Assembly (NCBI GenBank): GCA_050954465.1
Contig: JBPBPU010000005.1
Coordinates: 11,910-75,909 of the forward strand
DNA length: 64,000 nt
From: Janthinobacterium lividum
Lineage (GTDB): Bacteria > Bacteroidota > Bacteroidia > Cytophagales > Hymenobacteraceae
Direction of reading: 5' to 3'
Shown here: one piece after another, positions 18,520 to 27,787 of the stretch
How the letters are laid out: every line of letters begins with the position of its first letter
Numbering within the stretch: the first letter of the stretch is position 1
The notes under the pieces: model-generated
The model's input: the letters and a program-made list of their open reading frames with translations, nothing else
What the model was told of the DNA's origin: nothing
Database searches by the model: none
Program-made: the position numbers and the translations under genes

Positions 18520-20076
18520 CTACCCCTCCAGCTCCCGCAGCGCTGGCCCGATGAAGCGCACAATATCCCCCGCCACCAGCCCGGCCTCTCCCGTTTCGGC
18601 GGCGGCCAGGTCGCCGGCGTGGCCGTGGGCGAGCACGGCCAGGCGCGTGGCGGTGAGGGCGTCGAGGCGCTGGTCGGCACGCAGGGCTAGTAGCAGGCCG
18701 GTGAGCACGTCGCCGCTGCCGCCGGTGCCCATGCCGGGGTTGCCGGTGGTATTGAAGTACACCTGGCCATCGGGCGCGGCCACGGCAGTGTAAGCTCCTT
18801 TGAGCACTACCAGGCACTTATGTTTTTTGGCAAATTCGCGCAGCAAATCCAGGCGGTGGTAGTCGTCGCGGGCCTTTTCGGTGAGGCGCGTAAACTCACC
18901 GATGTGGGGCGTGAGCACGGTATTTTCGGGCAGTAGTGCCAGTAGTTCGCGGTGCTGGCCGAGCAGGTTGAGCGCATCGGCGTCGATGACTAGCGGCACT
19001 TTGGCCTCACGTAGCAGTTGGTCGAGCACGGCGCGGCTGGCTTCCTGCTGCCCCAGGCCGGGGCCGATGGCAACGGCCTGGTAGTCTTTCAGTTCGGGCA
19101 GCTCGCTGATGAAGTCGGCCTGGGGGTCGGGCAGGCACATGGCTTCGGGGCGGGTAGTTTGCAGAATGTCGTAGCCGCAGCCGGGCACCCGCACCGTGAG
19201 CAAACCCGCGCCGCCGTGCAGGCAGGCCCCGGCCGCGAGCACGGCCGCGCCCACCTTGCCCCGGCTGCCCGCCAGCAGCAGCGCGTGGCCGAACGTGTTT
19301 TTGTAGGCAAACTTGCTGCGCTTGGGCAGCACCACGTCGGGGCGCGGGGCGGGCTTGGGCGGCCAGCTCACATCCACGTCGTCCGACTTCTGGGCCAGCC
19401 GGGTTAGCTGCCAGGGCGTGTCGGCCTCTGCGATAAAACGCTGGCTCAAACCGATGTCTTCGATGTGCCACTCGCCTACATACTCGGCATTTTGCGGCAG
19501 CAGAAACGCCAGTTTGGGCAGGCCGAAGCTTACGGTATGGGTCGCTCGTACTACGGGCGCGGCCGAGTCGGGCTGGGGCGCGTCGGCGAGCAGGCCGCTG
19601 GGCAGGTCTACGGCTAGTACGCGGGCTTTCGCCTCGTTGAGATGCGTAACTACGGCCGCCGCCACGCCCGTGAGCGGGCGCGTGAGGCCGGTGCCAAACA
19701 GGGCATCTACCACCAGCGTGGCGGGCTGAATGGCGGGCAGTTTATCGGCGCTCATTTCCGCTACGGCCACTTCTGCGGGCAATACGTGGCGGTTGTGCTC
19801 GTAGTCGTCGGAGTAGTGGTCGGCCGGCAGCAAGGCCACGCGCACCGGAAACCGGGCCTGGTGCAGCAGCCGGGCCAGGGCCAGGCCGTCGCCGCCGTTG
19901 TTGCCGGGGCCGCAGAGCACCAGAATATCGGTGGGCTTTTGGTAGAGGTATTCGCCATACAGCCAGAACAGCAGCGCCTGCGCGGCCCGCTCCATGAGGG
20001 CGGTAGAGGTGGTTTGCTGCTCCCGGATGGTGGCTTGGTCGAGTTGGCGGGTTTGGGCAGCGGTGAGGAGTTTCAT
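18520..20076 (-). CDS. nnr: bifunctional NAD(P)H-hydrate repair enzyme (epimerase / ADP-dependent dehydratase)
   Basis: The N-terminal YjeF_N part reads LCGPGNNGGDGLALARLL. The C-terminal kinase-like part reads GPGLG...GNPGMGTGGSGDVLTGLL. The start is at ATG 20076 (MKLLTAAQTRQLD). The 126 upstream codons of the track ORF are rejected. Confidence 0.9.
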   Translation of the reverse strand: MKLLTAAQTRQLDQATIREQQTTSTALMERAAQALLFWLYGEYLYQKPTDILVLCGPGNNGGDGLALARLLHQARFPVRVALLPADHYSDDYEHNRHVLPAEVAVAEMSADKLPAIQPATLVVDALFGTGLTRPLTGVAAAVVTHLNEAKARVLAVDLPSGLLADAPQPDSAAPVVRATHTVSFGLPKLAFLLPQNAEYVGEWHIEDIGLSQRFIAEADTPWQLTRLAQKSDDVDVSWPPKPAPRPDVVLPKRSKFAYKNTFGHALLLAGSRGKVGAAVLAAGACLHGGAGLLTVRVPGCGYDILQTTRPEAMCLPDPQADFISELPELKDYQAVAIGPGLGQQEASRAVLDQLLREAKVPLVIDADALNLLGQHRELLALLPENTVLTPHIGEFTRLTEKARDDYHRLDLLREFAKKHKCLVVLKGAYTAVAAPDGQVYFNTTGNPGMGTGGSGDVLTGLLLALRADQRLDALTATRLAVLAHGHAGDLAAAETGEAGLVAGDIVRFIGPALRELEG

Positions 20077-20128
20077 GAGAATATATTTGTGAGCTTGCCA
20101 GCGGTTGGCACTCTCTATTCCTGATTTC

Positions 20129-20986
20129 ATGACCAAGTACCCATTAGCTGCCCTTCTGGTTTTGCTGGCCGCGGCCTGTTCCGACCAGCGTACGGAAACC
20201 AGCACGTCGGCTAAGTCGCCAGCTGCCGCCTCCGCCACCCCGGCGGCGGCCGTGCCTGCTGCGGTTACCGGCACCCCGCCCCTACCCCAAACCCTGACGC
20301 CCACCGCCGTGCCCGAGGCGCAGATACCGGCGGCGCAACGGCTACCGGGCAAGCTCACCGAGGCGTGGCGCTGGCAGGATGCCAACGGGGAAAACCTGCT
20401 GGTGGTGTACCTCACCGGGCCGCGCCCCGACGTGCCGCTGGACCCCCGTGCCCGCAACGATGGCGACGATGGCTACCAGGAGCAGCAACAGCAGCTCGCA
20501 GCCCGGCAGTACGTGCGCCAACCCGGCCAGCCCTACCGCGAGCTGTGGCACCTGCGCGACGAGGTGCGCCACTGCGCCTTCGACCTGGACCTGGCCTTGC
20601 TGCCGCACACGACCACCGTTACCGACCTCGACCACGACGGCCAAACCGAAACCACGCTGCTTTATTTTCAGGAATGCCGTAGCGATGTGTCGCCCGATGA
20701 CCTCAAGCTCATCTTGCACGAAGGCACCACCAAATATGCCTTGCGCGGCTATACCGTGGTGCAGTTCGACTCGGTGCCTGCCCGCCAGCGCCAGCCCGCC
20801 GAGCCGTGCTGCCTCGATAGGCTAACCAAGCAGGAGTTGCGACAGGCATATAATGCGCCCAATGCTCCGCACATGGGCCGTTACTTCAACGAAACCGATT
20901 TTCGGCAGCAGCCCGAGTTTCTGCGCTTTGCCCGGCAGCAGTGGCAGCGCTACAGCGTGTTCGATGCGGCGGAGCAGGCAAAGTAG
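20129..20986 (+). CDS. lipoprotein of unknown function
   Basis: Lipobox-like N-terminus MTKYPLAALLVLLAAAC|SDQ followed by an Ala/Pro/Thr-rich linker. No recognised domain. Confidence 0.6.
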   Translation: MTKYPLAALLVLLAAACSDQRTETSTSAKSPAAASATPAAAVPAAVTGTPPLPQTLTPTAVPEAQIPAAQRLPGKLTEAWRWQDANGENLLVVYLTGPRPDVPLDPRARNDGDDGYQEQQQQLAARQYVRQPGQPYRELWHLRDEVRHCAFDLDLALLPHTTTVTDLDHDGQTETTLLYFQECRSDVSPDDLKLILHEGTTKYALRGYTVVQFDSVPARQRQPAEPCCLDRLTKQELRQAYNAPNAPHMGRYFNETDFRQQPEFLRFARQQWQRYSVFDAAEQAK

Positions 20987-21069
20987 AATATTTTTTCACT
21001 CTTAACTTTTCACCCCGAGGCTGCGTTTGCAGATAACCATTTTCGCTATAACCTACTTACCCAGCTATT

Positions 21070-21528
21070 ATGCAAACCTGGAACGACGTTATCCGCCTCG
21101 CCAACCACGGCGCCCCCACCCCGCCCCGCCGCGTGGAGAAAACCGACGCCGAGTGGAAGGCCCAGCTCACCGCCGAGCAGTACCACGTAACCCGCCAGCA
21201 CGGCACCGAGCGCGCCTTCACCGGCGAGTATTGCGAGGCCCACGAAGCCGGCCTTTATGCCTGCGTGTGCTGCGGCACCCCGCTCTACGACTCGCGCACC
21301 AAGTTCGAAAGCGGCACCGGCTGGCCCAGCTTCACGCAGCCCGTGGAAGAAAGCGCCATCCGCTACAAGAAAGACACCAGCTACGGCATGACCCGTGTAG
21401 AAGCCCTCTGCAACGTATGCGACGCCCACCAGGGCCACGTATTTCCCGATGGCCCGGCCCCCAGCGGCCTGCGCCTGTGCATCAACTCGGCCGCCATCAA
21501 ACTAGTGACGACCAAAGAGCCGGCTTAG
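21070..21528 (+). CDS. msrB: peptide-methionine (R)-S-oxide reductase
   Basis: Motifs seen: [42 protein letters not shown]. Confidence 0.95.
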   Translation: MQTWNDVIRLANHGAPTPPRRVEKTDAEWKAQLTAEQYHVTRQHGTERAFTGEYCEAHEAGLYACVCCGTPLYDSRTKFESGTGWPSFTQPVEESAIRYKKDTSYGMTRVEALCNVCDAHQGHVFPDGPAPSGLRLCINSAAIKLVTTKEPA

Positions 21529-21581
21529 GTGGTTGTTAGTGGTTTGTCTGAGACGAACAACTGACGACTGGCAACTAATTT

Positions 21582-21623
21582 GAGCGCGAATTGGCGGACT
21601 AACCCGCTGGTTCGCGCTTTTTT
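21582..21623 (+). terminator. rho-independent terminator after msrB
   Basis: Stem GAGCGCGAA (21582-21590) / TTCGCGCT (21611-21618) followed by T6. Confidence 0.6.
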
Positions 21624-23504
21624 ATGCCTGCCATGACCCGCGAGGCCTTTGCGGCCGAGCTAACCCGCCTGCGCCCCCTGGCCGAAGCCAACCCCACCGC
21701 TTACCGCCGCCGGGTGCAAGGCTGGGCGCTGCTCGGCTACGGCTTTCTGTTTGTGCTGCTGCTGGGCTCGGTAGGGCTACTAGGGGGAGCGCTGTGGGCG
21801 CTGGTGGCCGTGGGCTTTAGCGCGCTGCTGCTCAAGCTGATGGTGCCGCTGGCCTTTTTCACCTGGAAGGTCGTGCGCTCGCTGTGGGTGCAGTTCGACC
21901 CGCCAGCGGGCCAGCCCCTGAGCCGCGCCGAGGCCGCGCCGCTGCTCGACTTGCTGCGCCAGCAAAGCCGCCAGCTGAAAGCGCCCCGCGTACATCAAAT
22001 TCTGGTGAGCAGCGACTACAACGCCTCGGCCGTGCAGGTGCCGCGCCTGGGGGCTTTCGGCTGGCCCCGCAACTATGTGGTGGTGGGCTTGCCGCTGCTC
22101 CAAACCTTGAGCCCCGAGCAGGCCGCCGCCGTGGTAGCGCACGAGCTGGGCCACCTGCGCAGCGGCGACAGCCGGTTTAGCGCCTGGGTATACCGCGTGG
22201 GGCAGTCGTGGGCGCAGCTGGTGGGGCAGCTGGCCCAGCAAAACAGCCGCTCCCTGCTGCACGGCTTCACCGACTGGTACGTGCCGCGCTTCCAGGCATG
22301 GTCGCACCCGCTGAGGCGCACCGCCGAGTTTGAGGCCGACGCCGCTGCTGCCCGCCTCACCAGCCCCCAGGCCCTGGCTGAAGCCTTATGCGCCATCACG
22401 GTGCGCGACGCGGCCCTTGACCGGGCGCATTGGGACGGCATCGGCCGCGAAATGGCGCACGCACCCCGGCCCGCCCCCGACGTTATCAGCCGCCTAGTGG
22501 CCGTGGCCAAAACCGCCCGCCTGCCCGAAGCCGACGAGCAGCGCCTGCTGCACAACCAAACCACGGCCGCCGCCGACCCCTTCGACACGCACCCCACCTT
22601 GGGCGAGCGGCTGGCCGCTCTAGGCCAACCCGCCGTGCTGCCGCCGCTGCCCACCACCACGGCCGCCGAAGCTTGGTTTGGCGACCATCTGCCGCAGCTC
22701 ACCCAGCGCCTCGATGCGCAGTGGGCCGCTGACCGCGCTGCCCCCTGGGCCGAGCGCCACCGGCACCTGCGCACCCAACGCGAGCGCCTGGCTACCCTCA
22801 ACGCCCGCTTGGCCACCGGCGAAACCCTGCCCGACGCCGACGCCTGGGAGCACGCCGACCTCACCGAAGACCACGCAGGCCCCGCCGAAGCCTTGCCGCT
22901 GCTGCAAGCGCTGCACGCTTCTCCCACCTGGGGGGCGGCCGCCAAGTTTGCCACCGGCCGCATTCTGCTAGCCCAGGACGATGCCGCCGGCCTCGACCCG
23001 CTGCTGGAAAGCATAGCGCAGGATGCCGACCTGCGCGGGCCTGGCCTGGCCGTGCAGCAGGCGTACTATGAGCGCCAGGGCAACTGGGCTGAAGTGCAGC
23101 GCCTTAGCGCGCAGCAGCTCCGGCACGCCGACACGATGGACGTAGTACTGGCCGAGCGCCACAGCATCGAACGTACCGATACCTTCACACCCCACGACCT
23201 GCCCACTGAACTTCTGGACGACCTACGCACCCAGCTGGCGGCTCCCGCTGCGGGCGTTTCGCGGGCCTGGCTGCTGCGCAAAGAGCTGGCCCACTACGGT
23301 ACCGAAAAGCCCCTGTTTGTGCTGGTGCTGCTGCCCAGCCCCGGCACCAAGGCCCGCCCCGATGCCCAGCAGCAAGCCTGGGTGCAGCAGTTGGCCAACG
23401 CCATTACCCTGCCCGGCGAAGTGCTGGTAGTAACGGGCAGCGCCTACGCCTGGCTCGAAAAGCGGGCATTGGGGATGGCCGGCAGCGAAATACTGCTTTT
23501 GTGA
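21624..23504 (+). CDS. M48-family zinc metallopeptidase, membrane-anchored, with long helical C-terminal region
   Basis: HExxH is in VVAHELGHLRSGD, with a downstream EFEAD. Two N-terminal TM helices. A start at ATG 21633 is equally possible. Confidence 0.8.
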   Translation: MPAMTREAFAAELTRLRPLAEANPTAYRRRVQGWALLGYGFLFVLLLGSVGLLGGALWALVAVGFSALLLKLMVPLAFFTWKVVRSLWVQFDPPAGQPLSRAEAAPLLDLLRQQSRQLKAPRVHQILVSSDYNASAVQVPRLGAFGWPRNYVVVGLPLLQTLSPEQAAAVVAHELGHLRSGDSRFSAWVYRVGQSWAQLVGQLAQQNSRSLLHGFTDWYVPRFQAWSHPLRRTAEFEADAAAARLTSPQALAEALCAITVRDAALDRAHWDGIGREMAHAPRPAPDVISRLVAVAKTARLPEADEQRLLHNQTTAAADPFDTHPTLGERLAALGQPAVLPPLPTTTAAEAWFGDHLPQLTQRLDAQWAADRAAPWAERHRHLRTQRERLATLNARLATGETLPDADAWEHADLTEDHAGPAEALPLLQALHASPTWGAAAKFATGRILLAQDDAAGLDPLLESIAQDADLRGPGLAVQQAYYERQGNWAEVQRLSAQQLRHADTMDVVLAERHSIERTDTFTPHDLPTELLDDLRTQLAAPAAGVSRAWLLRKELAHYGTEKPLFVLVLLPSPGTKARPDAQQQAWVQQLANAITLPGEVLVVTGSAYAWLEKRALGMAGSEILLL

Positions 23505-23633
23505 ACATCGGCGCAGGCCCAAGAGCCACGGCTGTTGTCCTATCCGGCCCTCTGCTGCGTACACCCGAACTGCGGCGCGAGCTTCGCTGTTTTCCCTTCA
23601 ACGCCTCGGCCTTTACCTTACCCTTCCCCACCT

Positions 23634-24530
23634 ATGTCCCTGCTTTTCACCGATTTTGCTTCCTGGGGTGCCCACTGCGCCGCCACCGGCGAGCCCCTCT
23701 ACCTGCCCGTAGTGGCCTACGAAGTAGAGCAAAAAGGCCGGGCCGAAGCTGACATCTGGCCGGGGCTGCAGCGGGCCTACGACGTGATGCGCGACGCCGT
23801 GCACGAAGGCCAGACCGGCAACATGACCTCGCGCTCGGGTATGATAAACAACGGGGCCAAAAAGATTGCCGCCTCACCCGTTACCGTTCTTTCGCCAGAG
23901 TTCAAAAGTCTGGTAATAAGCGCGCTGGGGGCCAAGGAGGTCAATTCCTGCATGGGCCGCGTAGTGGCCGCGCCCACGGCCGGGGCCTCGGGTATTTTGC
24001 CAGGCGTGCTCACCACCATCCAGCGCATCCATCAGCTCACTGACCGCCAGATTCTGGAAGGCCTGCTGGTGGCGGCTGGCATCGCGCTCATCATCGAGCA
24101 GAATGCTTCGCTGGCCGGGGCCGTGGGCGGCTGCCAGGCCGAAACCGGCTCGGCCGCTGCTATGGGTGCGGGGGCCATCGTGTACTGCCTCGGTGGCTCG
24201 GTAAACGAGACGTTTGCCGCCGTCGCCATCACCATTCAGTGCATGCTGGGCCTCGTGTGCGACCCCGTAGCGGGCCTCGTGGAGGTGCCCTGCGTGGTGC
24301 GCAACGCCTCGGCGGCGGCCATCGCCTTTTCCTCGGCCCAGATTGCCATTGCGGGCGTCGACCCGGTTATCCCTGTCGACCAGTGCGTGGCGGCCCTGGG
24401 TGAAGTAGGCCAAAGCATGGAAACCCGCTACAAGGAAACTGCCCTCGGCGGCCTGGCCAATACCCGGCGTGGCCGCGAAATCGAGAAGCTGGTGCTGGTG
24501 CAGGACGTGAATATTCTGCCGGATGAGTAA
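23634..24530 (+). CDS. sdaAA: L-serine ammonia-lyase, iron-sulfur-dependent, alpha subunit
   Basis: Motifs seen: MGRVVAAPTAGASGILPGVL, GGCQAETGSAAAMGAGA, GLVCDPVAGLVEVPCVVRNA. The start is at ATG 23634. No beta subunit gene is in the window. Confidence 0.85.
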   Translation: MSLLFTDFASWGAHCAATGEPLYLPVVAYEVEQKGRAEADIWPGLQRAYDVMRDAVHEGQTGNMTSRSGMINNGAKKIAASPVTVLSPEFKSLVISALGAKEVNSCMGRVVAAPTAGASGILPGVLTTIQRIHQLTDRQILEGLLVAAGIALIIEQNASLAGAVGGCQAETGSAAAMGAGAIVYCLGGSVNETFAAVAITIQCMLGLVCDPVAGLVEVPCVVRNASAAAIAFSSAQIAIAGVDPVIPVDQCVAALGEVGQSMETRYKETALGGLANTRRGREIEKLVLVQDVNILPDE

Positions 24531-24532
24531 GT

Positions 24533-24622
24533 AGCAATGAGCAATTAGTAATGAACAAGGAGCAATGTCGTTCTTGTCTTTGAACGACATTGCTCCTTGT
24601 TCATTACTAATTGCTCATTGCT
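24533..24622. repeat. AT-richer palindromic element between convergent genes (GTAGCAATG head at 24531)
   Basis: Perfect 40-bp arms at 24533-24572 and 24583-24622 with a 10-nt loop. It abuts the sdaAA stop and overlaps the stop of the minus-strand gene by 1 nt. Confidence 0.9.
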
Positions 24623-25683
24623 CATTGCCCCACCACCACCGGCGTCATCAGCAGCTTGCTCAGGAATTCCAGGGCCGGGGCGTAGCGGCGGCGGCGCTCC
24701 CGGTAGTGCTGCCAGGCGGCTTCCTCATCGGGGCGCAGGGGCAGGCTGGTAGCGCTCAGGTGCTGCCAGCACTCGGCAAAGCGCTGGCGGTCGGGGTGGG
24801 CGGCATCCTGCTCCTCGGGGGTGCGTAGCTCAGTAGGCTCGGTTTCGGACGTATGGTCGAAGAAGCGGTGCACGCGGTTCAGGGCCAGGCAGCCAGCGGT
24901 AAAGGTTATCTCTACCTGGCGCGAGCGGGGCACGTCGAGGGCCGAGAAGAGCAGGTTGGCCGTGTCGAGGATGAGGCCGGCAGCCGTCACCCAGGAGCGC
25001 CCGCCCTGGGGCGAGCGGAAAAACGCCAGCACCGGCAGCGAGGTGTGGCTTTCGTCGATTTCTACCAGCCACTGCTCCCAGGTTAGCCACTGCGCGTCGT
25101 CGTTCTCAAAGTCGCCATCGTGCCCCAGCCACAGCAGCAGCCCACTGGCCGAGGCCGGCACCCCGGCCCGCAGCTCTAGTTGCGCCACCACTACTTCGCG
25201 CCGCGAAAACGCCTGGTAAATGGTGGGCAAATAGGAGATGAGCAACGTAAGCAGCAGCAGCCCCAGCGTAGCTTCTGAGTAGCTGAAGATGCTGGGCACC
25301 AGCCCCCTGGGCGGGGTAGTGCCCAGTGTGAGCAGGGCGCTGCCACTCAACTCGTAGCATTTGGTGAAGTTGCCCACATCCAGCGCCCAGTAAATAGCGG
25401 TGTAGCCGGCTCCTACCAGCGCCAGCCAGCCGATGGGTAAAGCCACCAGCCCCACCGGTGCATAATGCGAGAGAATACGGTCGCGCCGGGCATAGTTGTT
25501 GGCCCGCCGCGCTGCAAAGTCGAACAGCGCCCGAATGCCCCCAAACACGAACGCATTAAGCCGCACCGACTCACTGCGCGGCAGTACAAACGAGCGAATA
25601 GCGGCCGACACAGTCGTGATAACCAGCCAGCCCCCGGCCAGCCCCACCAGCAGGCGCACCCCCATTTCTACTGTAGTCGACAT
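24622..25683 (-). CDS. integral membrane protein, possibly ion-channel-like
   Basis: The N-terminal half has about 4-5 helices and a pore-loop-like LLTLGTTPP segment. The C-terminal ~170 aa look soluble. The channel assignment is weak inference. Confidence 0.55.
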   Translation of the reverse strand: MSTTVEMGVRLLVGLAGGWLVITTVSAAIRSFVLPRSESVRLNAFVFGGIRALFDFAARRANNYARRDRILSHYAPVGLVALPIGWLALVGAGYTAIYWALDVGNFTKCYELSGSALLTLGTTPPRGLVPSIFSYSEATLGLLLLTLLISYLPTIYQAFSRREVVVAQLELRAGVPASASGLLLWLGHDGDFENDDAQWLTWEQWLVEIDESHTSLPVLAFFRSPQGGRSWVTAAGLILDTANLLFSALDVPRSRQVEITFTAGCLALNRVHRFFDHTSETEPTELRTPEEQDAAHPDRQRFAECWQHLSATSLPLRPDEEAAWQHYRERRRRYAPALEFLSKLLMTPVVVGQ

Positions 25684-25752
25684 ACGGCGTGTACGGGTTT
25701 CGGCCCGGCGGCGGCTGGGTTTGCTGCCAGGACGGGCGGCGGTGAGACGCCA

Positions 25753-27681
25753 TTACTCCACCACTAGGCGGGCGGCGCTGGTGCCGACGCGCACCACGTA
25801 CACGCCGGGGGCGAGGCCGCCGGCCAGGGCGGCCTCGCCCCCGGCATCGGCCACGCTGGCGGCTACTACCCGGCCCAGCGCATCCAGCACCCGCACGGAG
25901 GCGCCCGCCTCGGCTCCGGTAAGGGTGGCGGAGCCGTGGGTTGTGCCACGGGCGGGGTTGGGGTAGAGTAGCAGGGGGGCGCTGCTGGCGGTGGCTGGGC
26001 GCGTGGCTAGGGGCTGCAAGGTAGTATCTACCACGCGGGCCAGTACGTTGGTGCTGGCGCCGGCGGTGGCGGCCACCGTGAAGCTACCGAAGCTGGCCGT
26101 GTTGTTTACGAAGCCGCCCACCACCACGCTTTGCCCACTCAGGGCCACGGCATAGCCGGTGTCGATGAGGGTGCCGCCACCCACCTGCGCCCAGTTGTAG
26201 GTGGCACTAAGGCTGTTGTCAGTGTACTTGGCCAGCACTAGGTCGTCGCTGCCGTTGGGGGCCACGCCGGGCACGGCGTTGGTGCCGGCCGCGGTGCCGC
26301 TGCCCCCAAACACCACGCTGCTGGCATTGCTGGTGCTGTTGCCGCTGAGGCCGGTTACGTACACGCTGGTGCCACTGGCGGCCACCCCGTAGCCGTAGGC
26401 GCTGCTGGTGCCGCCGCCCACCTGGCTCCAGCGGAAGGTGCCGGTGCTGCCGTTGTCCTGGTACTTGGCCAGCACTAGGTTGAGAGTGTTGGCGGTACTG
26501 GCCCCGTACTGCGGCACGGTGCCGGCCGTGGTGCCGTTGCTACCAAATACCACGGCGTTGGTGTTGGCGCGGTCGTTGAGTAGGATGCCGGTCACGTACA
26601 CGCTGCTGCCGCTCACGGCCACCGCGTAGCCGAGGTCGGCGCTGGTGCCGCCGCCCACTTGCGCCCAGTTGTAGGTAGCGTTGAGGCCGTTGTCAGTGTA
26701 CTTGGCCAGCAGGATTTCCTGGCTGCTGCTGGAAGTGGCTCCGTTCACTTGCACGTTGCCGGCCGTGGTGCCGCTGCCGCCAAAGAGCACCGCGCTGCCA
26801 TTGGCGGTGGTATTTACGAAGCTGCCGGCCACGTACACGCTGGTGCCGCTCACGGCCACGCCGCTGCCCAGGTCGCCGCCCGTGCCACCGGCTACCTGCG
26901 TCCAGCCCAGGGTGGCGCTGGCCCCGTTGTCGGTGTACTTGGCCAGCAGTAGGTCGCCGCTCAGGGTGGCGCTGGCCCCCGCCTGCGACGCCGTGCCGGC
27001 CGTAGTGCCGTTGCCCCCAAATACCACGCCCCTGGCATCGGCCGAAGTGTTGGTGAGGTAGCCGGTCACGTATATGCTGGTGCCGCTCACGGCCACACCC
27101 TGGCCCTGGTCGTTGACCGTGCCGCCGCCCACCTGCGTCCAGCGCAGGGCAGCGCTGGTGCCATTGTCCTGGTACTTGGCCAGCAGTATATCCTGGCTGA
27201 CGGTGCTGGTGGCCCCGTTCACCTGGGTGGCGCCGGCCAGAGTGCCCGCGTTCGCCAGCAGCACGCCGTTGGCATTGGCAGTGCTATTGGCCAGGGTGCC
27301 CGTCACGTACACGCTGCTGCCGGCCACCGCAATGCCGTAGCCCACGTCGCTGCCCGTGCCGCCGCCGCTGGTGCCCCAGGCCCAGGTATTGGTGGCCAGC
27401 ACGTACTTGGCCACGAACAGGTCGTTGCTGCCCGCGCTGGTGAGCGTGGTGCTGCCGAAAACCAGGCTGCCCGTGAAGCTACCCGTCACGAATACGTTGC
27501 CGCTGGCATCGGCAGCCACGGCCCGCGTGATGCTGGTGCTGCTGGTCTGGCCGGGGCCGCCAGTGGTGGCTCCCGCCCAGGCGGGCGCCTGGGCATAGGT
27601 GGTGAGCGTGGCAGGCAGCAACCCCAGCAGGAGCAGCCAGCCGCGCCGGTTCGGGGTCGGCTGAGGGGGCAGATGGTTCAT
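25753..27681 (-). CDS. T9SS-secreted SBBP-type beta-propeller repeat protein
   Basis: Signal peptide ending TYAQAP. About 8 units of W.QVGGG..D.G.GVAVSG.S.YVTG...N......V.FGG.GTTAG...GA...D.LLAKY.DNG. C-terminal sorting domain [10 protein letters not shown]...[12 protein letters not shown]...[18 protein letters not shown]. Confidence 0.85.
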   Translation of the reverse strand: MNHLPPQPTPNRRGWLLLLGLLPATLTTYAQAPAWAGATTGGPGQTSSTSITRAVAADASGNVFVTGSFTGSLVFGSTTLTSAGSNDLFVAKYVLATNTWAWGTSGGGTGSDVGYGIAVAGSSVYVTGTLANSTANANGVLLANAGTLAGATQVNGATSTVSQDILLAKYQDNGTSAALRWTQVGGGTVNDQGQGVAVSGTSIYVTGYLTNTSADARGVVFGGNGTTAGTASQAGASATLSGDLLLAKYTDNGASATLGWTQVAGGTGGDLGSGVAVSGTSVYVAGSFVNTTANGSAVLFGGSGTTAGNVQVNGATSSSSQEILLAKYTDNGLNATYNWAQVGGGTSADLGYAVAVSGSSVYVTGILLNDRANTNAVVFGSNGTTAGTVPQYGASTANTLNLVLAKYQDNGSTGTFRWSQVGGGTSSAYGYGVAASGTSVYVTGLSGNSTSNASSVVFGGSGTAAGTNAVPGVAPNGSDDLVLAKYTDNSLSATYNWAQVGGGTLIDTGYAVALSGQSVVVGGFVNNTASFGSFTVAATAGASTNVLARVVDTTLQPLATRPATASSAPLLLYPNPARGTTHGSATLTGAEAGASVRVLDALGRVVAASVADAGGEAALAGGLAPGVYVVRVGTSAARLVVE

Positions 27682-27734
27682 CACAGCAAGCAAGAAGTGC
27701 CTATTTCCGGCAAGTATACGCCTTTTTCACGCCA

Positions 27735-27772
27735 AAGCGCCCGGCCGCCGCGAGGCAGCCGGGCGCGAAGCC
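27735..27772 (-). terminator. duplicated hairpin block downstream of the 895-aa T9SS cargo gene
   Basis: The 38-bp block AAGCGCCCGGCCGCCGCGAGGCAGCCGGGCGCGAAGCC is identical to 30642-30679. It has a 9-bp GC stem (GCGCCCGGC/GCCGGGCGC) and only a short U-run, so a terminator function is tentative. Confidence 0.45.
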
Positions 27773-27787
27773 GGAGCAGGCAGTGCC

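Noticed and set aside
18520-20457. N-terminal extensions of track ORFs: nnr to 20457, clpP from 17264, S41 from 3879, UbiA-like from 13757, RND from 43702, lutB to 37268, sdaAA from 23535, icd to 36061 and NlpC/P60 to 50187.
   Set aside because: The extensions are low-complexity, overlap neighbouring genes or palindromic repeats, or use non-ATG starts. Internal ATGs give N-termini that match the family or a proper signal peptide.
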